A stretch of 64,000 nt of DNA. Origin: Sminthopsis crassicaudata (Eukaryota). Every line of letters begins with the position of its first letter. The stretch's first letter is position 1. Shown here piece after piece: positions 52,401 through 64,000 of this stretch. The notes under the pieces were generated by a model. The model did not search any database and had not been told where the DNA came from. It was given only the letters and a program-made list of their open reading frames with translations. The DNA is taken from contig NC_133623.1 in NCBI RefSeq assembly GCF_048593235.1, positions 43,702,211 through 43,766,210 on the forward strand, in the 5' to 3' direction. A program made the position numbers and the translations under genes.

Positions 52401-54599
52401 ATTGGGGGAAATTTTGCTCATTGGAGGCAGCCACTCAAGTCCACAGTGGAATTTATATCACTCAAGGACAGTAATAGCCAGCATCCATTGGGCATATGGT
52501 CAGAGGACAGGGAGAGACAACTGATAGAAAAGAGGACTCTTGCTTCTGCTGTTATGATTACATGGCTTTGGGGAAATCATTTACCCTGCCCATTCCCCAT
52601 TTCCTCATCTGTAAAACGTAGGTGAGACCTTCCTACTCCAATTTGATGATTCTTCCAGACAGGGAGAAGGCTTGGGATTTAGCTGATGGAGGGTACACCC
52701 AAATGAAGAATCCTCTCCCTTCCCCCACCTAACTTCCAGTCAAGAGAATTGCTTCCTTGGGTCAGAAAGCCATTTGGGACAGATGTAAGGCTCGAACCCA
52801 GGCCTTTCTGACTCAGCAGCTGACTCTCTAAGCACCATTTATACTGCACTGTTTCTTCTAATCTCTGTGGGCCTAGCAAATAAATAGTAGAAATGAATTT
52901 GCCTTCATTAATAACTAAGGAAATGCAAATGAAAGCAACCATGATAAATAGAAATGATTAAACTCAATGCCTGCAGCACCCTGGGAGAAGAGAGTAGTAG
53001 AAATGAGTGTGATTAGACCTATTGGTGGGTAAAGCGTGTCCCTCTCCAGGAGAAACCTCAGGGTCACAGTGGTGACCTGAGTGTGGCCCAACTTTCAGAA
53101 GTGGAAAGAGGCTCAGATGGGGAGTCAGATAACAGCTAGGTCCAAATCTTTCCTCGAATCTTTGCTATCTCTTGGTTCTGGGACAAGTTATTGCCCTCCC
53201 TCCCTCCCAGCCTCAATTTCCTTACATGTAGAATGGGGGAAACAACCCCCAGAGGACTTACTTTGTAGCACTCTTTTGAGGATCAAATAAGGTGATGTAT
53301 GAAAAATGCTTTGCAAACCTTTAAATCACTATGGAAATCTAAGTGCTGTTGTTATTAGTGGACAGGCAGGAACGTTACCTTCTCCTTGATTCTGTGTTCA
53401 GGCTTCACTGTGCTCTGTGTTCTGCCTTTGGCTTCTACCAAAGGCTTGGCTGAGAGACCTCGGGAGAGTGACTGACTTGATATATGTGATCTTAGACGAG
53501 TCAGCAGTTTCCCACCCGTTAAAGTGGGAATACCTGGCTATTATGTCAAGGGCTTTGTAAAGCCCCTCTATAAATGATTTTCCCTTTACCTGATAACGTT
53601 AAGTTCTCTGCAGCACACTAAAGTCTTGGTCTAAAGGGTCCTTAAGATGATAGGTCCAGAAAGGGCTAGCTACATCATCTCTGATAGTGGATTTAGAGAC
53701 CCTTTCTTATGTGAAGAGGCAAAAAGAGAGAAAGCACATGACTAGGAGTGTTAGCTGGAGTTACTTTGCTACCTCCTAAGGCTCCTGTGAACCTGGTAAA
53801 GAATAATTTGGCCATAAATTTTCATTTAGAGGCACTATTTCATTGAAGTTAAAAGTCTCTGGGCCCTATATTCTAATGAGAAAAGACCCAAGATAAGTCT
53901 TAATCTAATCAGAATCAGTTCAATAAGGCATACTTAGCCAGAGCAGATGCTTCCCATCCCTAGTAAGGGAATAAAGACTAGTTTGGAAGGGCTTTGGAGT
54001 TGGAGCATTACTAATCACTCCCTATTTGACCTTTGACTTTCACCAAACTCATAATCTCTTTAGATCTAAATTTTCTTTGGGGAGAAAAATGAAGAGTAGA
54101 CCAGATCATCTCTAAAGTTCTTTTGGTAATAAATCCCATAATCCTTTTGGCTGTCCCTCCCTCCACCCCCATTAATGTCATTTAACAATCCCCTCCTAAG
54201 GCAGTGAGATAAAGTAAAAAGAGACCTGGCCTCAGAGTCAGGAAGAATTGGGTTAAAGCCCCAGTTCCAACATATACTATCTGTGGGATTCTAGGCAACT
54301 TTGTAATAAAAATAGTAACAACTAACATTTATACTTACCATATGTCAGGTACTGTGCTAAGTCCTTTCCAGATGTTATCTCATTTGAGCCTGTGGGATGG
54401 GTGCTACCTCCATTTTACAAAGAGAAAGATGAGGTAAACAGAGGCTAAGTGCTTTGCCCAGGATCGCACAGCTAATAAGTGAGGCTAGACTTGAACACTG
54501 ATCTTTTCTGAATCCGGATCCAGTGCTCTGCCTGATGAGCCACCCAGCTGCCCCATAAGCCAATCAGTCACAAAGAAAAATGTCTGTTCAGTGCATGCT

Positions 54600-55440
54600 A
54601 AGAACCAGCTTGTGTCAGTCAGTCAGCAAACATTAAGAACTTTACTGGTACCCACGTATTGTGCTAAGCTCTGAGAATAATTTAAAAAACAAACAAAAAA
54701 AACAGTCCTTGCCCTCAAGGAGCTCACTTACTTCTGATGGGGAAGACAGCATATACATAAAGAAGGATATACAACATATGTACATAGTAGGCAAAGTAAT
54801 CCAAGAAGGGCAAAGCACTGGCAGTTGGAGGACCAGAAAAGGCCTCCGGCAAAAGGTGGGCTTTAAGCTGAGTTAATAAGGCAGCCAGGAGACAGGTTAG
54901 AGGGAGAACATTCCAGGTACAGAGTAGTTGGGAAGGGGAAAAGACAACCGATGCAAAAGCTGTAGGAGATCAGGTGCTGTGTGTGAAGAACCTCAAGTAC
55001 GTCATGGTGGCAGGATTGTGGAGTGGGCAGGTGAAGGAGAGCCAATAAAGCAAATTGGAAATGTAGAAGGGAGCCACGTTGAGAAGGGCTTTAAATGGAA
55101 GTAACCATCACTAGAGTTTAGTGATCAGGAAAATCACTTTGGCATCTGAGTGGAAGATGGACTTGAATGGGAGAGAAGTGAGGCAAGAACAATTAGAAAG
55201 CAACTGTGCAGGCAACAAGTGAAGAGGGCCTAAGACTGTGGAGGTGGACGCAAGATGGTGTGAGGGTAGAAACGAGAAACTCTGGCAATAAACTGAATCT
55301 GTAGAATGAGTGAGAGAAGTCAAGGATGACCCAGAAGTTGGGTCTCCGGGTGTCTGGGAGGATGGTAGTACTCCTGACAGTAATATAGCAGTTTTGAAGA
55401 GAAGTGGGTTTGGGGGGAAAGGTTAACGAGTTCCAGACCT
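54600..55440 (-). mobile_element. L2 LINE 3' part (antisense)
   Basis: cagtcagtcagcaaacattaag start, followed by purine-rich L2 body. Confidence 0.75.
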
Positions 55441-57159
55441 AAGTCTCCAACACCTGCTTCTTCTCCAAACACCATAGAGTACTGGACAAAGTAGCTCATC
55501 CATTTGACACCCCCACATAGGCGAAGCCTTATGAATGGAAGGAAGGGAGATCCCCATGCAAGCAGCTGTCCCTCTGGTTAATTACCAATGTGATCCACAA
55601 ACCCATCGCCATTGCCAGGACTCTGGTGTTGAGATGATGAAATAGGTGATTAAGGCACTTGGAGGCCAGTCCACACTGCTGCTTTGTCTAGAGTGTTCCA
55701 ACGACAAGTGTTATTAGTCCACTAATCATAACATTGCCTGCAGTGGAATTTCCTTGGGAAGCAAGAGGGCAGTGGCCTCCATGCCAGAGCACTGCAGCGC
55801 ATGAATCTACCGCCACATTACAACTGGCTGTTTTGTGGGAAGGTTTTTTCCAAAGTCCAATTCAGGAAATAGGTCACCATGCTGTTAGATGCGCCCTTAG
55901 TTTGATTTACTTTCCTGTATTTTTGCAGCATTTACGTTGTCCTTTCCGGGCAGAATCAAACTCCCATGATTTATTGGTCTTTGGGGCACCACGTGGTGAA
56001 AGTCACAAGTGGGTTCTTAGAACAAAGGAATGATTTTTCTGAGTTTGTCTCTAAGGAGCCAGGCATGGTTTCCTTAAAGACAGTCTCTTCCCCTTGTTCA
56101 CCTCTCCTGAAATCTCCTAGTGAGCTGGGATCAAGTTGTTTGTATGAATTAATATATCACAAGGGAAAACTAGGCGATAGAGAGAGTGCCAGGCCTAGAG
56201 TTAGGGAGCCCTGAATTTGAATATGACCTCAGTCATATGACCAAGCAGTCACGTCACCTTGTTTGCCTTAGTTTCCCTATCTGTAAAACGAGCTGGTGAA
56301 GCAAATGACAGATCAACTCCAATTATCTTTGCCAAGAAAACCCCACTGGAGTCACAAAGAATTGGAGGTGACAAAACAACACATCACACTAGATATTAAC
56401 ACGAATAAGGACCGGTTCAAGGAAACGACTTTTCCTGCCCTTGCTGGCATCAAAACAGCAAATACCTGATCAAGTAGTGCTGGGAGTTATGGAACAAAAG
56501 AAGCAATGAGGAGCCCTGGGTTTAGTCCCAACTCAGCCACTCACTGACTGGGTAACTTTGGGCAAGTAGCTCAGCAGTAAATAAGGGAGTTGATCAGATA
56601 GCACTGAAGTTCCCTCCTGCTCCGACATTCTGTGATTCCATGATCATAATATGATACCTTTCCTGATCAAGTGGATCTTGTATTCCTAAGGAGTCTGGAA
56701 CATATAAGATTTGACCTGTTTTAATGTAAGACCATCACCATTTCATGGGTTACCATAGCCCCCCAAAAAGCCTTTTTCTGGCTAATCCACAATAATTTGA
56801 AAGAAATCCATTTCACCATGCACACTGAAAAAATAAAGCAGATGAAATTATATATTGCTCCAATTATGACATACACTTTTTTTTTTGGTTGCAATTAGAC
56901 ACACTACTAAGATTCCAGAGGGTCATAAGTTTAAAGTTTGTCCTTTCCTTTAACCTGCATTCTCCCCATGATCCCCAAACATCCCTCGTAAGAGTCAGGG
57001 ATTCATTCTCCCTCTCCCCCCAGTATGGTAAGGCTGTGCCAGTGTGAAAGGGAATGGTTTGACAGATGCCGAGAGGAATTAGAACATAGATGCAGTTTCT
57101 TCCCTGCTCCCTGCTTTTCCTTCCTATAATAACCTTGAACCATATATCTAGAAAATGTA

Positions 57160-57250
57160 TAAATATATTATTTATATATAACATATAAGTATATATATTT
57201 ATATATAATATATAAAATGTCTAAATATATATAATATAAAAATATATAAA
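57160..57250. repeat. AT-rich low-complexity (TA)n-like tract
   Basis: Read directly from the sequence. Confidence 0.9.
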
Positions 57251-57559
57251 AAGGGCAGCTTTTTCTTCCCAGAATTTCTGCCATTGTGTTTACTAGGGCC
57301 CCAAATCATCTTACTTCCCCAAAATAGACTTCTAGATCCCATTGGCTATGCCAGAGGCTTTGACAGGGCTGGGCGGTGGGGTCAGAAGTTGTACAGATTG
57401 ATCAGTTAGGACAGGATACATATATATAGATAATAAAGTGTGCTTTTGTGGGTCATGGCAGATGGGTCAAATGAGATGAGAGTACCTGAGTAGTTTGTAA
57501 GTATACTGGGAGGGACTCTGGCAAGTAATTACAACTTAGATATCAGGGCAAAGGGTGTT

Positions 57560-58690
57560 CACAGGAAGCCTTAGGGGAAGGAAAAGGGGAATTTCATTTT
57601 TACATTACTAACTGTAGGAAAAGGTCAGTGGCTGGTCCAATCCATCCTTCCAACCTTTCTAACATTTTGGGGGGAAGTGTTCTATCACCCACCGGGTTAT
57701 ATATCTCCCCCAGCTTTGTGATAGCCACAGCTTTGATCAGCATGTTACTTGGCTCTTTGTGTAAACTGTGAATGGAACCGGGCTTAGGAGAAAGTCCTGT
57801 AGCATTCCACTTGAAGATCCTCCTCAAGGATGATTGGGAATCTATCGATCTCTACTTGGGGAATGAGATCATTTGATCACTTGCTGACCCACTTGACTGT
57901 GAAAGACTGTGTTCGGTTCTGCTAGGGCTCACATTTTTGGAGGAACATACCTAGGGCAGGGGGACTAAAATGGTAAAGAAGAGCTCAAACCCATATCACA
58001 TAAGGAAAAAATAGCAGGGAACCAGGCTATTTAGCCTGGAGATACGTAGCCTTGACCCTACAGATGTCCTAAGAGACTCTGTCAGATTCCTTGCTGAAAG
58101 CCAGATATACAATGTTGCTAACATTCCCCTCATCTACTAGTCAAGTAACCCTGTCAAAAAAGAAAATTAGGTTAGTCTGGCATGACTTGTTTTTAATGAA
58201 TCCGGTTTATGAAAATCAGGACATTGGCCTGTCTCCAGTCTTTTGGCACGTCTCCTGTTCTCCATGATTCCTTCAAGATCCCTGACAGCAGTTCAGCACT
58301 CACAGCTGCAAGTTCTTTCAGTACCCTGGGGTGCAATTCATCCAGGCCAGGACTTGTACTCATTTAGAGCAGCCGAGGTGTTCGCTTAACTATCTCCTCA
58401 CCTATCTCGGGCCCCGATTCTGTGAACCCTGTTTATTCTGTTCCTTTTAAGTTGAAGATCATTCAGCTTGACAGAAGACACGGAGGCAGAGTCTAGGGAT
58501 TCTGCTCTCACTGACATTCATGTTAATAAGAAAAACGCTATCTGTCCCAAGCCAGGAACCCGGGCTTGCCGTTTTCTTCTTGCCCCAGATAGAGCTTGAA
58601 AAGCCCCTCTTGTTGTTCTTAGCACTCTTTCTTGTAAGCTTAGCTTATTCTAGAATTTAGCCTTCCTGACACAATTTGAAGACAGGGCCT
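57560..58690 (-). mobile_element. L3/CR1 LINE ORF2 fragment (antisense)
   Basis: Antisense CR1 motifs (catctactagtcaagtaaccctgtcaaaaaagaaaattagg; cagctgcaagttctttcagtaccctggg). Confidence 0.75.
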
Positions 58691-59379
58691 GGCTTCAGCT
58701 CCCAATTAATAAGCAAGTCCCTTACCCTTCTTGGGTCACTGTCACCTCCTCTGGAAAATGGGGAGCCCTTTCACATCTAGACCTATAATTCCATGTGTGA
58801 CAGCAAGCAAATCCCCTCCCTTCCCTGGACCTCAGTTTCTTCAATTTATTGAAAAATTAGGGGGTTGGATTACATCCCTTATATTAGATCTCCCCCTTCC
58901 CAAAATTGTTGTGATGCTCAAAGGAGATGATGGATGGAACATGCTTTGTAAGCCCTAAAAGCACCACATAAATGTCAGCTGTTATTATTGTACTTGGTGT
59001 TCCCATAGTCCGATGCCATCTTTTCAAGTCTGACTTCTCCACAAGGGCCCTGATTCTCCACTAAGGCATTGTCCAATTTAGCAGACTGATTTCAGAGGGG
59101 GATTATATTAATTTCCAGGACATCCCAGTGATTTGGGCAGATCTGTGAATTACATCAGCTTAGAGGAACTTTCACTGTGGAAACCATCACAGTGTAGATC
59201 TGTAGCTACAGGCCTATGCAGCCTCCTAGGGGCAGTAAGAGGTGAGTTACTTGCCCAGGGCCACACAGCTAGTATTGTCAGAGCCAAGGATTCCTGACTC
59301 CTAGTCACTGTATCTATGGGGAAACTAAAGGTAAATTCTTCTTGAAAGTCTTAAATCAAATGAAATATTGATTTGTAAG

Positions 59380-60110
59380 AGAAACAGAGACAGGTTACAG
59401 GCAGAAGATGACTTAGTGGAAAGAGAGTGACTCGGAGAGGGAGTCAGGGCAGGTCATCAAGGAGGTAGCACTTGAATTAGACCTTGAAGGGAAGGTACAA
59501 AAGGTTGGGGCTTGAGGAGGAAAATAAAGGAGACTAGATATGGAGGTGGGAATTTCATTCCAGATAGCAAGAACTAATTCACACAAATAAGAGAGGGCAG
59601 GATGAGAACAAAGGTGAGAGAGCCACCCAATTGGGCTAGAACATGGAATGGGATCTGAGGCAGGGAGGTGAAGTAGCTTGCAGAAGAAAGCAGGAAGTAG
59701 ATTGGGCTGGGATTCTACATCAGGATTTCTAGTTCCCACTGCCTCACTTGGAAGAGTGTGACATAAGATAGAAGACTGAAGCCAGATTTTGGAGGAACCT
59801 GACTGCCAGAATTGGTTTTGGTATGATTTGTTAGGCAATGGAGAAAGCCAGTGGAGGTTTGTCATTAATAGAAAATTGTGATCTGAGTGATGTTAGGAAG
59901 ATTATTCAGGCAATGGTATAGATCAACCAGTAAGAGAATAGACAGGTAAAAGGACTAGGGAAAACTGAGGCAATGAGGGATTGAATCAGGGAGATGGAAA
60001 GAACTGAGAGGACATGGTATAGTGGTATTATGAGCTTATGAGGCAGGGTGACAGGGAAGATGGCGCTACAATAAATAGAAATAGAAAAGTTCATGAAAGG
60101 GCATGTGGCT
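59380..60110 (-). mobile_element. L2 LINE fragment (antisense)
   Basis: Purine-rich L2 motifs. Accounts for supplied ORF 59413..59865. Confidence 0.7.
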
Positions 60111-60149
60111 GTGTTTAGGCCTCTGTTCCAAGGAGATGAAAGAAAGGTG

Positions 60150-60500
60150 CTAAAATATTCATATTAGTTCTTTTTGTAGAAACAAAAAGCTGGAAAATGA
60201 GAGGGTGTACATCAGTTGGGAGAAGAGTTGTACAAATTTTGATATATGAAGGGAATGAAACACCATTGTGTTCTAAAAAAGGATGGAACAGGTTCTGAGG
60301 AACCTGGGAGGTCTTGTGTGAAGTGATTCAAGGGGAAGTAGCCAAGAGAAGGACTTCTAAGACTCTGAGCAATGCAACAACCATAATAACAGAGGGCTGG
60401 ACTCAGGCATAAAACGGACTGTCGAGCTTTTGGACATGGACGATGTGGAAACTGAATTGGGGAGGGTTTGGAGGTTTCGATAAAATGATATTCTGGGGGC
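60150..60500 (+). mobile_element. Marsupial L1 ORF2-end/3' UTR fragment
   Basis: gggtgtacatcagttgggaga...gaaacaccattgtgttctaaaaaaggatg...gtgaagtgattcaaggggaagtagcc resembles a marsupial L1 3' end. Confidence 0.6.
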
Positions 60501-60679
60501 ACTTACCCTGAATAGGAGCAATCTCATAAATGGGTGGTCTCCTAAACAAGATGAAAACAGGGTTTCTTGACTTCAAGGTGCAGTTTGGTTATAAGTCTGT
60601 TATTGTGAAATGGCATTGCTCAGGGAAAACCTTATTTAGGGTCTGATTCTTTTATTGTTATTTAATACTCTTAATCTTA

Positions 60680-61145
60680 AATCTCTCCTAACCTGACTAC
60701 TGCCTATCTTTCCAGTCTGGTTTCACATTCTTCTCCTTCACACGTGCACAAATCCAGCCAAGGTGACCCATTTGCTGTCTTTCCCTGCACATGACCTAGA
60801 CTGTCTCCTGCTTCCATTCCTGCCTTTGTACATGCCGTCCACCCATGCCTGGGGTGCCCTTCCTCCTCACTTCTGTTTTGTGGAATCCCCAAAATGCTCT
60901 AAGTATCAGCTAAAGAGCCGTCTTTTACACAGGATCTTTCCTGATGCTTCTGTAATCAGCTCCCTCCAACCCCCATCAAAAATCATTTCTGTTTTTTTGG
61001 TCTGTATTTTATATGGACATGTTATTTTCTACCAGGAGAAATGTAAACTCTTTGAGGGCAGGAACCATTTTGTTTTTATCTTTGCATCTGTGTGCTTTGC
61101 ACAGAGTAGGTATTTAATAAATGCTTGTTAGATTTAACTGAATTG
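60680..61145 (+). mobile_element. L2 LINE 3' end
   Basis: gtaaactctttgagggcaggaacc...tttaataaatgcttgttag. Confidence 0.8.
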
Positions 61146-64000
61146 AATTTCAAGCAATAGTTTTCCTAGTTAAGTGATTTTGAAGAGGTTTTTCCCCTCC
61201 TGATGAACATCAAACACAGTAAAATGAAGTTGTTTTGATGTTGATGGGTAAAGACAAGAGAGGTAGCCTGCAGAAGTAGGTATGGGGCGATCCCTAAAAT
61301 CAGGAGGACTAAAGTTCAGCTTCTATCACTGACCCATGCTGGCCCTGTGGCATAGGCAGAGTGACATAGCCTTTCAGTACTCTCAGGCAAGTCCCTAAGA
61401 CTAGAAGGTACAGAATTAGAGAGTTGCAGCATTGGAGGGAACTTCCGCACACCTTTAAAAAAAATCACAGGTTCAGACCCCCAAAAAGGTGAAGAGAAAA
61501 AGAAGCTATCTTCTTAAAATGTGCCGCCACAAGTGAGTTACCCGTCAATCTGCAGAACTTGGACAATCTCAAGATTATCTGGATGACCCCATCAGAAATG
61601 AGGCTATAGTACGTAATGCACTGTCAAACTCTGTATGTTGCAAACAAGCAACCCCGTCCGCCAGTAGATAACTTGAAATGCTGTCAATATCTGCAGGTGG
61701 GAAACAGAGCAATCCCACATATGGTAAGTCTCGGAGACCCCAAGGACCAAGGAAATGGACACTGTGATTGCAGTGCTGATTGCTGGGCCCCAGGGAGGCC
61801 CCACTCCTAGCTTCCCATGTGCTGAAGGTTCTCCAGGAACTGAACTGGCTGGACTGCAGGGTTGTGCTGAGGTCATGGCCAGCGTGGCTCCTCTGACAGT
61901 AGGCTAAGTGTGGGAGGCCCACCCTGTAATGGGTTTGGGGAAACGTGGCAAGATTTAGGCTGAGTTCTCCATGGAAAGCATTTCCCCACACCCCTAACTC
62001 CAGGGATGGGGGGCTCCAAGTCAAGGCCAGGCTACTAAGTTGGGCTGAGTGAGAAAGGGTAGCTCCAGAATTCGGCCCCACCCCAGCACCCACAGAGTCA
62101 GGCACAGTCTGCCTTAATTTCCTCATGAAATGTCAGGAACAGCTGCTCTGTTTTACTTGGGGTTCCATTTAGGAGAGAACCCTCAATCAGGTTTCCTAAG
62201 AACTTTGAAGGCAAAGAGATTTATTCTCTAAGAGGTAAGGTCACGGAACAGAAAACACATCCAAGGGAGCAGCCAATAAGATCCTATTGCTCTGAAAGAA
62301 ACCATTTTTGTAGAGAGAAGAGCAGCAAAACCTTTTGTAGCAATAGCCTAGAGCACCAAGTACATGAAAAGCACTGTGTTCCCTCTCCTTTGGGCCAAAT
62401 TCAACAAGCAGTTTAGTTTTCCGTTCGGTGCAAAGTCCCGTGCTAGGTGCCACGCATACACAGACAAAGATAACATGGGTCTCCGTCCTTTTGCTTGTAC
62501 AAAACAACACAGACACAGATAATACAAAGTAATGGAGGAAGGGAGTGCTAACAATTAGGACATCAGAGAAGGCCTGTTGAGGCACTGGAGGGGGAGAATC
62601 CAAGAGTCAGCAGTGAGGAAGAGCATGATGAGAATGAGCATTCAGGGTACAGGGACAGTTTGTGCAAAAGCCTAGAGGTGGGAGATAAACTGTCAAACTA
62701 AGGGAATAGCAGGGTAGGCCCTTCCTTCCACTGTCCCACCCACACATGCCATTTCCATTCTAATTTTCACCTTGACCTCTGGACTCTGCCTCTGCCCACG
62801 TTGCCTCAACCACCCCCTGAAATGCCTCTTTCTTTCCATCTGCCCACTTTCCCAATGATATGACTCAATGAGATCCTTCTGAACTCTTTGAGCATTTTCT
62901 GCCTACATCGTTCATCTTCTGCACTGAATAACAGGAACAAGGAAGGATCTTGCTACTGAAATGTTTTATGGGCAAGTCTTGTCTTCCCAACTATGAGATT
63001 TTGGAAGCCAATGGAGGGCAGTGGGGGGAGCACTGAGCTCAGACTCAAAGGATCTGGCTTCCACCTCTTCCTCTATTACTGACCATATCACTAAGAGCAA
63101 AGAGTTTCATCTCTTTGAATCTCTGCTTCTTCATTTATAAAATAGGAAAATAAATTCATTATGTCTGACCTACTAGGGCAATATTCAGTGCAGCAGCTTG
63201 GTAGGAGACATAGTTCTGGGCTTAGACTTAGGAAGGAATTCTGTGTGACTCTGGGCAAATCACTTTAGTCTGGCAACATGAGGGGGGTTCCACGAGATGG
63301 TCTCTGAGAACCTTTTGGGCTCAAGAGATATAATCCTGCATATTCTGTGTGCCTCAGACAACTCACTAAGACTTCTTTCCTGCTATTTAGCACCTTTCCA
63401 AAGTACTTTATCACATTTCGTATACAGAGAAAGCCTTGTAAGATAGGGAGGGAGGGCTTAATTTTACAGATGAGAGAACTGAGGCACAGAGATGTGATGA
63501 GGCAGGAATGAACTAAAATTGTTCTCTTGGCTTTTGTCCTATGCTTTTTCCACTAAACCAAAATTGAGTGTCCCCCTACATAAAGTTCACAAGTGCCTCT
63601 TCCTTTCTCTGTGAGCCATCCCTATACATAGTATAAGTCTTCCCATGTTTCTTTTATGAATAAAAAAAAGCATTATGTCTTTGAGAAAATAATTAATTGG
63701 CTAGTGATACATTGAGGAGTCAGGGACATAAGTGAGAGAATGTAAGCTTCGTGAAGGCAGATCATTTTCCATCTTTGAAGTCACAGCAAGTAGCAGAATA
63801 TCTTACATATAGTAGAGTGTCATAAATGCATGTTGGTTTGGCCAGTTTCTCTTGTAATTCACATCATCTCATTGACAGGGTTCTGGGACATAAGAAATAG
63901 ATAACCAAATGTCCACTCTGTCTGATTTAATAAATCCGCCGCCCACTGGTGAGTGAGGAATGTGAGTAAATCGAGTCCATGGCTCATAGCTAGAAGCTGG

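Noticed and set aside
59413-59865. 150-aa ORF
   Set aside because: It lies within a decayed L2 element.
61698-61724. 27-nt micro-exon-like segment (ctgcag|...|gtaagt)
   Set aside because: Poor polypyrimidine tract and no gene context.
61575-62126. Longest supplied ORF (183 aa, minus strand)
   Set aside because: It starts in a MIR-core-like fragment (MRKLRQ), shows no recognisable domain, and roughly one ORF of this length is expected by chance across six frames of 64 kb.

Overview
Eukaryotic, marsupial genomic DNA. It is CpG-poor and dense in MIR/CORE-SINE, L2 and L3/CR1 relics, and carries WSINE1-type young SINEs that suggest a dasyurid; the taxon is inferred from repeat content only. The only gene I can support is the 3' part of PABIR2/FAM122B (PP2A-B55 inhibitor family) on the + strand. 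It has eight GT-AG coding exons between 11667 and 27662 that splice in frame to 219 aa ending ...[16 protein letters not shown], followed by a probable ~2.6 kb 3' UTR. The first exons were not found and probably lie upstream of the window. The rest is intronic or intergenic repeat mosaic, and the supplied ORF track is almost all spurious. I see no convincing new multi-gene system. The best leads are: candidate alternative or poison exons in the 11 kb last intron that would change the C-terminus, a recent microhomology-templated inverted insertion inside an ancient L2, and a degenerate miR-16-like hairpin downstream of the gene where synteny would place miR-16c/miR-503. Repeat boundaries and family names were assigned by eye and are approximate.
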